A stretch of DNA of 64,000 nt. It comes from Antedon mediterranea. Lineage: Eukaryota; Animalia; Echinodermata. Of this stretch, positions 1 to 13,400 are shown piece after piece. The stretch lies in contig NC_092674.1 in assembly GCF_964355755.1 (NCBI RefSeq), positions 744,001 to 808,000 of the forward strand, read 5' to 3'. Position 1 is the stretch's first letter, and every line of letters starts with the position of its first letter. A program made the translations under genes and the position numbers. The notes beneath the pieces are model-generated. The model did no database searches and was not told where the DNA came from. It saw only the letters and a list, made by a program, of their open reading frames with translations.

Positions 1-899
1 ATTTTCAGGGGCGGGGGGACGGTTTTTTTTTTTTTTTTTTACTTTTTATAGAGGTATATTTTTGCGCGGTGGACGTTTTGCCCCACTTTTTTAGGACGAA
101 ACGTCAAACTTTTAAAATGCGAAACAGAACAAAATTGACTATGTATGAAATATTATTGCTTATGACAAAATTGAGTTTTGTATTGTTTATATCCAGACGT
201 AATTAAAACATTAAATTTAATTGCCACCAAGCGAAATTGTAGGCCTTAGGCTAACTAATCCGTCCAAGGTGCTACCCCAACCTCACTCATCGGCCATCCG
301 CCGTCTCTCGCTCGACTCATCTATCCAGGAAATTCCCTATCGCGAGAAGCATGATTTGGTCTCAATAATACTAAATAGTGGGCTGATTTATAGTTTGAAA
401 ACAGCTTACGGCATTTCTTAAGTGAATTTTTATTCAACGTATTCATTCTTCTTTGATGAATCCTTTGCCAATTGCTGTGTAAATCAGTATTTAAAGTTGT
501 GATGCAAAAAGTGTATGGAAACCCATCGCCCAACAGGACCTCGTGGTGTGCCGATCTCGAGCGCGAGATCATCGTAAACAAAATTGGTAGAGTCCATTAT
601 GTATGGGGTGTTTCCTATTTACGAACCTATAAAAAAACGCGCTTCGACCACTGTGTAGGCAAAATATTTATTTCGTTAAATCCCTAAATTGATAATCGCG
701 TATTCTGTAATCACGTGACTGATGATGTAATCCTCAGCGACGTACTAAATGCACATGATTTAATGTGTTGGGGAAAAAGCTTGCTGTTTACCACATTACA
801 TGATTCACGGTGCTATTCGCGTTTCCTTTACGTAAATCGGCGGCGTGTAAATGAAACAATTGTTTTCACCAATTTGCCGTTGTCGACATAGAGCGATCG

Positions 900-1182
900 G
901 CGGCTAGCGTTGTCTAAGCTAAAAAGTATGTATTTTTTCAAAAATTACACTAGCCTAACAAACATTTGCTAGTTTTGAAATTTTCAAATAGCAATTATGA
1001 AGAATCTACTAGCAAAATGCTAGTTTGCTAGCGTGAATTTCGAGCCCTACTCTGGAGCTGGGTCGGGCCGCTGAACTTTCCGTTGTATATCGGTAAAAAA
1101 AAAATAAAAATAAAAAGAGAGGCGGCTGGATAATGAGGAGCGGGCGGTGACGCTTAACAAGTATGTTTTTTTATTTGGCCTA
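900..1182. mobile_element. Ends of small non-autonomous DNA transposons: hAT-like end ...gaatttcgagccct (~1048) and a MITE end ...tttttatttggcctaa (~1182)
   Basis: Terminus-like motifs with repeated ctagc/gctag subterminal words. The partner ends were not clearly found in the window. Confidence 0.25.
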
Positions 1183-2062
1183 AAATTAAATGAATGAATA
1201 AAAAAAATTAGAAAATTGTTTTGATCGCAAAAAAGACTGTACTGTAAAGGCCCCTAAAGCATACTATAGGCACACTTTCCACATGTGATATTGGCACATT
1301 CGATTGGGACTATAACGTTATGAGCATTGATTGAGTTATTATTACTGAACCAACAGTCCTTCATCAACTTTAATTTACGTTAACTATTTAAATGAAAAAG
1401 TATAAACATTTTCTGTTGAGAAAAAAAATGTTACAATTTACGATTCCAACAATTGTTAAGCACAACAAAGGTTTGTGAATAAATAAATAGGCCTACCTAT
1501 GCCAATTAATTATTATTCCTTTTATTTTTCAAGATTATATATTGAGCCTACCATTTAGGCCAATTCCAGTGTGAGTATTATTAATTTAACTTTGAACGGA
1601 CAACAGAAATCAAAGAATGAAGAACCAAGAAATTTGAATTGCAAAATGGCTGCCATGCAATAAAATTTATTGAACACGTTTATACACGAAATAATAATTA
1701 AAATAATAGCCTATATAGGCTTAAAACAGCAGTTTCATATGAATTACAATATAAATTATTGTAAAATGTTAACAAATATTTACAATGGAGAATTTTTAGT
1801 TTTCTAAGAACTAAAACCGACCACATTTTTTATCGATTCCATCCTCACCACCGACACAAGCACGTGTGTGAAACGGTGAAAATGAATGAGAACTCAGGCA
1901 GGCAGACAGTACCGGTTCATATTGTACGGATTAAAAGACATTAAAAACAATATTTCTACATAAAAAATACTTAGACATGTTACTAAAACAATAAAGAAAC
2001 CAACATATCATTTAAAATAAAAAATAAAATATCTGTGAATGAAGAAATAGCAAAATTCTTAC

Positions 2063-2082
2063 CCTCTATCATCGCTTGACAT
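2063..2082 (-). CDS. Possible first coding mini-exon (MSSDDR G...) of an unidentified gene running off the left edge
   Basis: Minus strand reads ATG TCA AGC GAT GAT AGA GG|GTAAGA, a strong donor, in a CpG-containing patch with a CCAAT box (gattgg at ~2408) upstream. No downstream exon was identified. Confidence 0.2.
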
Positions 2083-3199
2083 TGTATTCTGCGTAAACTG
2101 CGCGGAAAAGACCTTACATGACCGGCGCCTTACAACTCAACGTTTAAATTAATGCTCCTACGCCTATTTCACAGCACTACTTTTTAGTTCAAAGTTTATG
2201 TCCACAGTTAGCAAATCAAAATTCTCATAAATTTATTTCTAACCATCAAAATTAAGAAAACAATATTTTACTGATATTCTTTTTTAAATTCATGCTGGTT
2301 TAAACAATATTAATATACTTATATAATGGGCGGAATGTTATGTAGAGTGAAGAATGGGATCTGGCTACGTTATTCCCTCCCTTTGTCGACATAAGAACAA
2401 GGATTTTGATTGGTCAACACATTATGACCAAAGTTAGTATTTCGCAATACATCGGTGGTAGAGTCATGGTCTATTAAAAAAAAAGTCCAGATTTATTTTG
2501 CAATTCATCATTCCAAATTGTGTTATTGTGTAATGTAATTTGTTGGAATGGAGGAGGAGACAAATTCACGTAAATAATAACAAAATACCATTGCGAAATA
2601 ATCGTCGTGAAGTGACGTAAACGTACACATGCAAGATGCTCATGCTTGTTGCTTTTTAGGAGCAATTTCATATTATATAACAGTAGGCCTAACACTAAAA
2701 AAGGGGTTTTTTTTTCCAATAATTTAAAAATCGAGACTGTAATTAAAAATCTTTTTTAAAAATTCGATGAGATGACAATATATGAATTGTTTGCATTTAA
2801 TGTATTTGGGATGAGATCAAGCTCTCTCTCCCTCAAGGATTTTTAAATTAAGGACGTATAGCCTACTCAACTCTTATAATAAAAAAGGAGGGATCATGCC
2901 TAAATAGGATCGTCATTTCTATTAATAATTTTAACCGGCAATTAATGTCAATCAATTAATTCTTGTACTTTGTAACTGAGACTTTTAAAGCTATACAGGC
3001 ATGAATTTTAAATATAATATCTGGTTAATTGTACATCAAATATTTGTAACAGAAATCAAGACGAAAAAGCATGAATTTCCCTAATATGGTCAAATACAAA
3101 ATTTTTCAAAAATTTGCCATAAAAACCAGGAAGACTTTTTTTCAGTAGTTAGGTAGTTTAACCAATGTAATAACATTTCTGGTGACTTTATTAAAAAAT

Positions 3200-6100
3200 G
3201 ATTGTACTGCCAATGAGAGCATAGAAGCAAAAATTGCAAAAAAAAACAAAAAAGCTGGAAAATATTTATGATAATGAAACAAAAGGTGCATACGTTCTAG
3301 AGTAAAATGGATCGAAGAGGGCGAACGTAGCACTAAATATTGTCTTAGTCAGGAAAAAAATAAGGGGAAAAAAAACCAAATCAAATGTTTACAAAACGAG
3401 AAGGGTAGAGTACTAACGAAGACAAAGGAAATCCTTTGTGAGGAAGTTAGATTTTATAGGCATCTATATGCAAATAAGGGTATACCCCTTAAAAAAATAA
3501 ACACTTACCTAGATAAATCAAATGTAACGAGTTTAACTGAAAAAGAAAAGGGGATATGTGAAGGTATTGTCACAATAAATGAATGTACCAATGCAATTAA
3601 AAAAATCAAATTAAATAAAACTCCCGGATGTGATGGCTTGACCGTTGAGTTTTATTTACATCTCTGGGATGACATTAAACACATTGTTTGTGACGCTCTA
3701 AATGCATGTTATTTTAACAATGAAATGAGTTCTACACAGAAACGTGGTATTGTAAGCCTATTATACAAAAAAGGTGATAAAAAATTGCTTGAAAACTGGC
3801 GTCCTATCACTTTATTAAATACAGACTACAAAATTTTAACTCAAATTCTATGTATGAGACTTCATAAAGTAATTGAAAATGTAGTTGACAATGACCAAAA
3901 GGGGTACATTAAAGGACGATTCGCTGGAGAAAACGTCCGTCTAATTAATGATATTCTGTATTATACAGCAGAAGAACAAATCGAAGGAGCTATTCTATTC
4001 CTTGATTTTAGAAAAGCATTTGATTTTGTAAATAGAGATTTTATGTTTAAGGTACTAAAAAAATTTAATTTTGGAGACTCCTTTTTAAAATGGGTAAATA
4101 CAATTTATAGTAAATCTGAATGTGTTATTGTTAATAATGGTTGGATATCAGAAAGTTTTGAAATGGAATGCGGAATAAGACAGGGTTGCCCATTGTCGGC
4201 GTTACTCTTTATTTTAGTAGTAGAAATTATGGCGTGTAATATAAGAAAAGATAAATGCTATAAAGGAATATCTTTACCTAACAATGATAATGGTGAGGAA
4301 GTTCGCATTGCGCAGCTGGCAGATGACACTGTACTCTTTATGGGAAATGAAAAAAGTATAGAGATTGGTTTAAACATTGTTAACAAGTTTGGTAAAGTGT
4401 CTGGTATGACTTTAAATTAAAAAAAAACCAACGCTATATGGATTGGCAAAAATGTAAACAAAATTCAAAAACCATGCAGTCTAAATTGGGTTAATGAACC
4501 AATTAAGATTTTGGGTATTTATGTGGGATATAATGAGAACAAATGCAGTGAATTAAATTGGGATAGTAAGGTGGCAAACTTAGAAATGCTACTCATAGAT
4601 GGAAAGGAAGAAACCTAACCTTTTTTGGCAAAGTTACCATTTTAAAAAGTTTAGCTTTGTCTAAACTAACATACAATGCATGTATAATTGATGTACCAGA
4701 TGATGTTATTTTTAAAATAAATAAATTGATATATAACTTTTTATGGAATGGAAAAACAGAAAAAATAAAAAGAAAAACTTTAATCGGTAAAATGATTAAA
4801 GGGGGCATAGGCATGCATGATTTCGCATTACACATAAACTCTCTGAAAATGATATGGGCAAGAAAATTACTGTGTAGAAAACACGTAAGATGGAAAATCT
4901 TACCACTATACTATTTTAACAAATTTGGAACCGAACAACTAATTTTAAGTATGTCAATTATCAATTTTCAAAATAACATGGGCTTAGATAATATACCATC
5001 TTTTTATTATAATGTTCTAAAGTGTTGTGTTGAATTTAATAATATGAATAATGAAGGTACAATTAACGAGTATGAAGAAGTGATAAAGCAAAACTTATGG
5101 GGTAATAATGATATTAAATGTAGAAACAAACCACTATTCTTTAAGAACTGGATAGATGCAGGTTTTAATCAAATTGGAGATATAATTATTTTCAATCGTC
5201 TAATGAAACCTATAGAAATAATTAAACAATTACGTACTAAGAAAAACTGGATAGCTGAATATGTTTCTCTAACCAGAGCTATTCCAAAAAAGTGGTTAAG
5301 TATAATTAAACATAATATGCCAAATATGAACCAATATATGAATGTGAATCTGGAATACAATATCAACAATATAATTAAGATGACAACAAAAGATGTTTAT
5401 TCTAACTTTGTTAATAATGTTTTTATTCCCCCGAAAAGCATACTTAAATGGAATAACATATTTAATGAAGATATCAAGTGGTGTGATGTCTGGAAAAGAA
5501 AAGTGAAAAACGAAAAAATTAAGAAATTCGCCCAATTGAATTACAAATTACTAAATAGAGTTGTACCTACAAATCTAAAACTGTATAACTGGAAACTGAA
5601 AAATAATAACATATGTAACAATTGTGGAGTCATTGAAGACGAAAAACATATGTTTTATTATTGTAGACGTAATCAAATACTATGGGAAAAAATTGACAAT
5701 ATATTTAAAAAGCTAGATAACAGCAGTAGCTCGTTCAAAGAACTCCTGTTAGGAAGTAAATGTCAATTAAAAAACCAATTGTATTCAATAGCTGTGTACG
5801 TCATATACATAATTAAAATTAAAACTGAACTTAAAAAACCTGTATGCCAGAATCCCTGGATTCAGTTTAAATATATTTTAAAAGATATGAATACACTAGG
5901 CATGTTGTAACTTATAAGTGGCATCCATTTTTGTATTTTAAGATGTACAGTTTTTGTATGCATATAATCAAACCACTATATGTATAAAGGCTAAAAGAGT
6001 AAAAATCAGAAAATAACGAAAAAAGTAGAAAACAGAAATTTAATGTATGAAAATGAAATGTGAACGAAATTTGTATGAAAGAATGAATAAAGGTGGTGGT

Positions 6101-6225
6101 TAACCACAAAAGAGAAAAAAAAAACATTTCTGGTGACTCCCTAGAAGGTGAAAAAAGATGGTGGATATACGGTGGATAATTTTTTTGCTTTAGCATGAAA
6201 ATAAAAATCTGAAGTTGAATAAAAA
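3200..6225 (+). mobile_element. 5'-truncated L1/Tx1-clade non-LTR retrotransposon (ORF2 RT to C-terminal CCHC, plus 3' UTR)
   Basis: Translation from 3293 gives RSRVKWIEEGERSTKY, KTPGCDGLTVEFY, NWRPITLLNTDYKIL, LDFRKAFD, GIRQGCPLS, QLADD, RWKGRNLTFFGKVTILKSLALSK and CNNC..EDEKHMFYYC, with the stop at 5910. No endonuclease or ORF1 is present. The 3' end is A-rich (~6200-6225). Confidence 0.92.
3293..5910 (+). pseudogene. Disrupted LINE ORF2 (reverse transcriptase) pseudogene
   Basis: ORFs 3638-4420 and 4657-5910 are separated by an in-frame TAA at 4418-4420 (LN*KKTNAIWIG) and a frameshift near 4590. Confidence 0.88.
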
Positions 6226-6815
6226 TACTAGAAATGTAAAATTCAAGTTATATTACCTATATTTAGTCATTTGATAACATTTTTTACCACACCGTTTATT
6301 TTTCATAGCTTTATTAATGCCTCTCTATTTACAAAATTTGTGTATAAAAGAATAGAGATTTTACTGTGTAAGTTGAACTATCCCCCCACTGATAAGAAAG
6401 TGCTTATTTTCAACAAGCTCGTGTAACACAAATAAAATCCCAAAAATTATGAAACATAGGGGAAACTATAGATCGATAATTATTGGAATGTATGATCAAT
6501 AGAAATTTTTTGCCCGCACCTGGCCTTTAACAAGCTCGACCTCGACGGTACGAGGCGGTTCTGGAACCCTCTTGCCCGCAATTATTTAGGGTTTGTTTTA
6601 TATTGCGGTACACTACGTTTTTTCATTATTTGCGCGCGAATCGCACGTGCGTAATAATATTCATCTTGTGACGTGGATAATTTCGAAACCAATCAGAATT
6701 AATTAATGTTCGCCAGTGAGAACTATAATATTGTGGATTGAAACAATATTTTATTAAATATTGTTTAAATGTTGTTAAATATTGTTGTGTCACCAGAAAT
6801 AAGTTTTATCGCCTT

Positions 6816-6951
6816 AAGCATTGTCTACACTATCAGACTTTATGTGATGTGATGTGCACATATATGAACATGATGATGTCATATATCACTACCATATTTG
6901 GGCACATCACATTTTTTTGTCAAAACTAGTTTGATAGTGTAGACAGAGCTT
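6816..6951. mobile_element. ~140-bp MITE, family A (TIR AAGCTCTGTCTACACTATCAAACT), copy 1
   Basis: aagcattgtctacactatca ... tgatagtgtagacagagctt. The same family occurs at 16754, 44688, 48668, 51676, 57329, 57840 and 62693. Confidence 0.8.
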
Positions 6952-7484
6952 TATTCAAATAAATCATCTGATACATAGCTAATTTATTTTTATTTTAATA
7001 TCCAAATTCTTTTATGGAATGAAATTATGTTCATTCAATTGTACTATACTCTATACATTACTCTGAGAAAAAAAAAGAATTAAATAAGGGCTACTTATTT
7101 TTAAAATGTTATTTTGTTATTTACTCAGAAGTTGATATTGTTGTTTTTAAAAAACATATTTCATGTGCTTCCAAAAGCGATAGCTTGGAATTGAAAGGGA
7201 AGGATGTTATCCACCAAACTACAGCTCCACTGAAAACAAGCATCTAACATGCTTTCATATTACTGTACTAGATTTTTTTTTATTTTAAGATATGTATGTA
7301 CATTTATTCATCACCATATAATTAATTTTATGTTTAAATTGACAGTACATCGTATCATTTAATTCCAGAAAACTGTCACCAGAAGGAAGTTGTCCCAAGT
7401 TCTCTTCATCGGTGCTGCTGATCTGTAAATCCCAGAAGATTTCACAGCACATTTGTTTCTGTTTGTGCGCTTATTGGAATCAAA

Positions 7485-10400
7485 CTATTTTGCCAAGACA
7501 ACGCTTAATTTCAGCATAATATCACAGTGGAATGCGTCCATGAGGTCTTGCTCACTAAATCTAGCAATTGTACGGATCCTTCGCAGAATTGATCCCTGTA
7601 AAAATAAAAGGAGTTCTCATCATCATCTTATAATCATTGCATGTTTTAATATTCATATCGTCATACTCAGGGGAAGTAAGCTGATTGGTCAGATGTTACT
7701 TACTAATAATAAGTAATGGTAACTTATGCACATGGAGAAACCTTTGCAAACAAATTACAAAGTAATTCTTTCAGTGTATACAGTAAAAATAAATACATTA
7801 TCAGAAGCAAAACATCAATTAACCATTTAAGTCATAATCAATGTAATCATATTACTATTCATCATAAAAACAAAACTAGCAACAGCCAGTACTTACATAA
7901 TGTGACTTTTTGTAGCAGATAAGTTTCTGGTTAATAAGCAAAGTACCACTTTCGTCATAATCCCAGTACAAATTTCGCTGCAGAAAAAAAAAATGAATTT
8001 GGCAGTTACAGGAATATGAAAATGTATCAAGAACTATTAGTCTCTGTCAGTGTATCATGAATACAATGCATGGAGAAAACATAAATTATATAAACCAAGT
8101 ACCAGCTTGTAACAGCTTAAAAGTCTAATAGTCAGACAAGGTAATGAAAGTACTGTATAATAATTTGAAAAAAGACACAGACAAGAAAAGGGTTGTAGCA
8201 TAACTACCAAAACGTCAAAACATTCTCACCCAAACTGTTCCTTTTGGAAACACACGGTGTACAGAAAACCTAACTTTAGTAGTGTTTATTCGACCTTTAA
8301 ACAATAAAGACGACAATTGTTTAAAATCGCACCTGATCAATGTTGTAAGGAATTTCTTGTTCAAGACATTCCAAAAGTTGTTCTCTAATGGCATCTTCAA
8401 GAATCTGCAGCGGACTAAGATCTGTAACTACTTTCTTATGATACTCCCATTCTTGTGGCGTAGCTTTATCAATTACAAACTCCTATATAAATAAAATATA
8501 AAAATAATTGTGAATTTCAATTTTCTATCAAGACCCAATTAATAAACAAAAACATTGACATTTTAACATGCATCAGTTTGAAAAGGCAGTGGAGCTGTAA
8601 ACGGATAAACTGATAAAATACTTTTATTGCAACTTTTGGGTTGAATTATACAAAAATATATACTTATACTTAAATGAAAAAATATATCAAATCCATCAAC
8701 GGAGCTGTAGCTTGGTGGTTAATGTGCTTGCCTTCCAATTCCAAGGTCCGGGGTTCAATCCTGACCTAGTGCCAGGAGGGTTGTGACTTTAACTCCACTC
8801 CCTAAGCCTCATAAGCATGATTAATTATAAAATAGTTTATCCATCCTGTAATTGGCGAGTTTGTGCTCGCTGTTGGATGTGCATATAACATTTTTTAACA
8901 AATTAATGATTGATACCTTCAATTCCTGGACACCATCTCCAGTTTTGGCTGAAATCATAAAAACCTTTTGAAAGAGATGCCATCCTTTTCGTCCTTTAAA
9001 TTCCTTAAACAACTCTCTTTTTCTTCTATTGGCTTCCAATTGTTGGTTTTTTCCATCATCAGTGTTGTCCGTTTCTTTTGGTCGATATACATTTGATATG
9101 CCATTTAGATTGTTAATATATTGATTTAGAAATTCTGCTTTTTCTGAGTTTAATCCAATAGTATGATTCTCAAAAACAATTTGTTCGTCATTACGATTTG
9201 ATGTACTTTTTTCTAGATGATGATTGGACAATTCTTCAGAATCTAAGTGGTTATTTGTGCTCATATTATGTAAACTTTCATTTTTCAAATCTTCTAAACT
9301 GTTTTCCCCATCAAAGCTCTTTGAATGTTCTGATAGTCTGTCTTCTTTAGAGGCAATATCAAGTCCTCCTTCTGATTCTTCTCCTTCACTCACCTCAAGT
9401 TCTGTTTCCTTCTTGTTATTTAATTCAGTTTCTTCACTTAATCCTTTGTATTGCAAGTACTTATTTCTGAAGCCTCTATTTTTAAGAAGTTTCTGAGTCA
9501 ATCTATCACTCATTTCGATTGCTTTGCCCTCAATGATACCATCTGTCAATAATGCTGTTAGTTCCACAAGGCTCTGTTTGTTTTTTAACATGTCTACTTT
9601 GTTTAAGACCAGAATGCAAGGAGTTTCTCTAAAGTTGTTAAGTTCTATGAGAATGTCCGTACTGATCTTCTTACATGTCCATTTATCAGCTACATCAACA
9701 ATCACTATGACTGTAATATAAGATGTTATAAACATATCAAATATGATAAAACTAGAATACAATAAACAAATGATTATTAATTTCTTGTAGTTTTTGATTT
9801 TTTTTTTCAGTATTCAGTAATTTACTTACTTAAATCGGCGATTGACAGAGTAGACTTGGGTGATACAATCAGCTCTCTTGGCAAAGCATGGCTAATAATA
9901 ATAAAAGAAATATTGATATAATTCTGCTTTTGAAGGAAGTTGACAGTACAGTAGAGTTAATCCACAGTCTTAAACTTATTTGAGGGCCTTCTACTCAATA
10001 GAAACATCTAGTATATCTACTACTACTACTGAATTTTTTTTTAAATATGTTTTTTTTAAACTGTTACCGTCTAGCTGAACTCATATTCACCATTCCAGGA
10101 GTATCCAAAATGATCTATTGAAAAAGAATTTTAAAATTGAATTTTGTTTATTATAAATGTAAGGATGTGGACGACAACACAAAAGGAAAAACACGCCTTT
10201 TCTCACTTTTACCACGGTCCGGTGGTGTATTTGGTTTTAATTTGTTTTTAGCATAACAATAGAGATCAGTATGGTCCTGAAAACCACAAAATAAATACAA
10301 TGAGAAACAAAAGTAAATAATATTCTAAAATACAAGCCAATTCTTAGTAACGACCTCACTTAACAGGCGACTCTAATAAAAAGGATTCTCTCTGAGGACT

Positions 10401-13400
10401 GCGACTATTACGTCAAACGGCACGTCTACCTAAACAGCCTCTGTATACTTTGTTAGAGTATACAAATACCTAATTAATTACCTACACAATTGCATCATAA
10501 GTGCCTGAATATTACTATTATATTACTAGAACAAATGCATGTTGGAATTTACTCACACTATTTGAATACTAAACTTAGTCTATTCATTGAATCAAGGAGT
10601 TATAATCTTAGGTTTGTGTAAAATATATAAACAATAACAAATCCATGGGCGCAGCCATTTTGTATGATAAATAGAGGGCGCACTACATGACGATCTATCA
10701 CGAGCATGGTAGCCTCGTGTGTACAAATTAATCAAGTGTGAACTGTAGGATGAACTATTTTATACAAACTGTTAACTAGAAACTATCTTCTATAAACTAA
10801 ACATTACTAAATCTATCTAAACATATTTTGTTAATACAAAGAAGGTTTATCACAAAAGTATAATTATATTATAACATTATATGGCATAAAATCCTAGTTC
10901 AAAGATTGTAACACAATACTATTCAATAGGCTTCCTAACTGCACATTCCATGAGTCAAGGTTAACCCAAAACAAATGTCTAGGCCTATGAATGCAATCAT
11001 CTTAAAATACAACATTAATGTTTCTTAAACATAACAGAATCTTATAAATGTATAACAAAGTAATATATGTATAAAGTAGAGTAATTACCTTTTAATCAGA
11101 TCTTTAATTAAGTAAGAGACAAAACTATCTGCTTCCTTGACCGGTTCATGAATACAAAAGAAAGCAAATCATTTGAAAAAGACTGTTACAATTATAGGGG
11201 GCAGCAACACCTATAGGGGGCAGTATTTAATTATCACATGATTAGATTAATCCCCACACTCCCCTGTTTAAGCTGAGTTTGTCCTCAAACTTAATATTAT
11301 TCACAACAAGAAGAATCTTTTCAGCATTTTCAGAGTCAATGCCAGCATCATCAGGCCAGTCAGGGTAAACGTCCCCAGTACCATCGTCTTCAACAAAGGA
11401 CTCTACACATTCCCCTTCGGCTCCCACAAAGTGTCTCATCTTCTTCTCTGGGAGAACATATACTGTGTTTCCATTCCCATGGGCAGCACGCCTAGTTGCT
11501 TCTAGTTCGGCTCTTAGCTCATCAACCGTCCTCTGCACATCTCGCAACGATGCCTTGCTTGCCATCACTGATCTCTAATGTTAAAGCCAAATACGATCCA
11601 CGATCCCACTTCTGACACCAAATTGTAAGGATGTGGACGACAACACAAAAGGAAAAACACGCCTTTTCTCACTTTTACCACGGTCCGGTGGTGTATTTGG
11701 TTTTAATTTGTTTTTAGCATAACAATAGAGATCAGTATGGTCCTGAAAACCACAAAATAAATACAATGAGAAACAAAAGTAAATAATATTCTAAAATACA
11801 AGCCAATTCTTAGTAACGACCTCACTTAACAGGCGACTCTAATAAAAAGGATTCTCTCTGAGGACTGCGACTATTACGTCAAACGGCACGTCTACCTAAA
11901 CAGCCTCTGTATACTTTGTTAGAGTATACAAATACCTAATTAATTACCTACACAATTGCATCATAAGTGCCTGAATATTACTATTATATTACTAGAACAA
12001 ATGCATGTTGGAATTTACTCACACTATTTGAATACTAAACTTAGTCTATTCATTGAATCAAGGAGTTATAATCTTAGGTTTGTGTAAAATATATAAACAA
12101 TAACAAATCCATGGGCGCAGCCATTTTGTATGATAAATAGAGGGCGCACTACATGACGATCTATCACGAGCATGGTAGCCTCGTGTGTACAAATTAATCA
12201 AGTGTGAACTGTAGGATGAACTATTTTATACAAACTGTTAACTAGAAACTATCTTCTATAAACTAAACATTACTAAATCTATCTAAACATATTTTGTTAA
12301 TACAAAGAAGGTTTATCACAAAAGTATAATTATATTATAACATTATATGGCATAAAATCCTAGTTCAAAGATTGTAACACAATACTATTCAATAGGCTTC
12401 CTAACTGCACATTCCATGAGTCAAGGTTAACCCAAAACAAATGTCTAGGCCTATGAATGCAATCATCTTAAAATACAACATTAATGTTTCTTAAACATAA
12501 CAGAATCTTATAAATGTATAACAAAGTAATATATGTATAAAGTAGAGTAATTACCTTTTAATCAGATCTTTAATTAAGTAAGAGACAAAACTATCTGCTT
12601 CCTTGACCGGTTCATGAATACAAAAGAAAGCAAATCATTTGAAAAAGACTGTTACAATTATAGGGGGCAGCAACACCTATAGGGGGCAGTATTTAATTAT
12701 CACATGATTAGATTAATCCCCACATAAATAAACAGTTAATTATTCTGTCAAAATTAGATATCACAGAGTAGTTTGTTCATTCATTATAGCTGTCGAAAAG
12801 GAGGATTTCATCCAGGAAGTTTATAGAGTGGTTTCCAAGCAATTTCCATTTTTATCCTTACCACTTGAGTATCCCGTTCTGTCAGCACTGCTGTTGCTTG
12901 GCGACGTGTAGTATGTACTTTCTTTGATACTGCACATATCTGTATAAAATAGGTTCATGTATGTATCAGTGGGGTGATTTTAGAAGGATGTTTCTTGCAG
13001 TTTATCTAAATCCAAAAACCCATGCCATGGCATTCCATGTACACAAATAATGCAAAGTCCCATTTTCAGAAGAATACTTAAATACTTGAATACTGTTGTT
13101 ATACAGCAAATAATTGGTTTATCACTAGCTTTCTTACCCTTCTACCAAGAAGTGTATTTACAAGTGTTGATTTTCCAGCATTCGGAGTGCCAATTATTGC
13201 AGCTCGGACACATCTCGGATTTTCTGGCTGAACAGGTGGTTTGATTAAAAGTAGTTCTTGTGCTCCTTTATCTGGATTGATAGGCTCAAACACCTCAGCA
13301 GTGTCATCTCCATGATTCTGCTGTACATCGTCATCTAATGAATGTGTTGACAGAGGCTTCTTGTTTATCTGTGACTGTGAAACACATCTCAAGGGATTTT

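Larger units (their letters stand above)
10158..12724 (-). mobile_element. Non-autonomous, internally deleted Gypsy-type LTR retrotransposon in ERAL1 intron 3
   Basis: Two 1101-bp direct repeats (10158-11258 and 11624-12724) with TG...CA ends and a 4-bp TSD TAAA. Minus-strand PBS TGGTGTCAGAAGTGGGAT (11620-11603) and PPT AAACAGGGGAG next to the left LTR. The interior is only 365 bp. Confidence 0.93.

Noticed and set aside
221-2719. Short ORFs in the first 2.7 kb and other <100-aa AT-rich ORFs
   Set aside because: No motifs, low complexity, or antisense shadows of real exons and TE ORFs.
4310-4330. LADD instead of YADD in the LINE RT
   Set aside because: Hydrophobic substitutions at this position occur in L1/Tx1 RTs, and this copy is a pseudogene anyway.
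8701-8775. Functional tRNA gene
   Set aside because: A and B boxes are present, but the acceptor and T stems do not pair and there is no oligo-T terminator. Treated as a SINE or pseudogene.
10158-12724. 1.1-kb direct repeat as an assembly duplication
   Set aside because: TG..CA ends, a TSD, a PBS and a PPT show a genuine LTR element.
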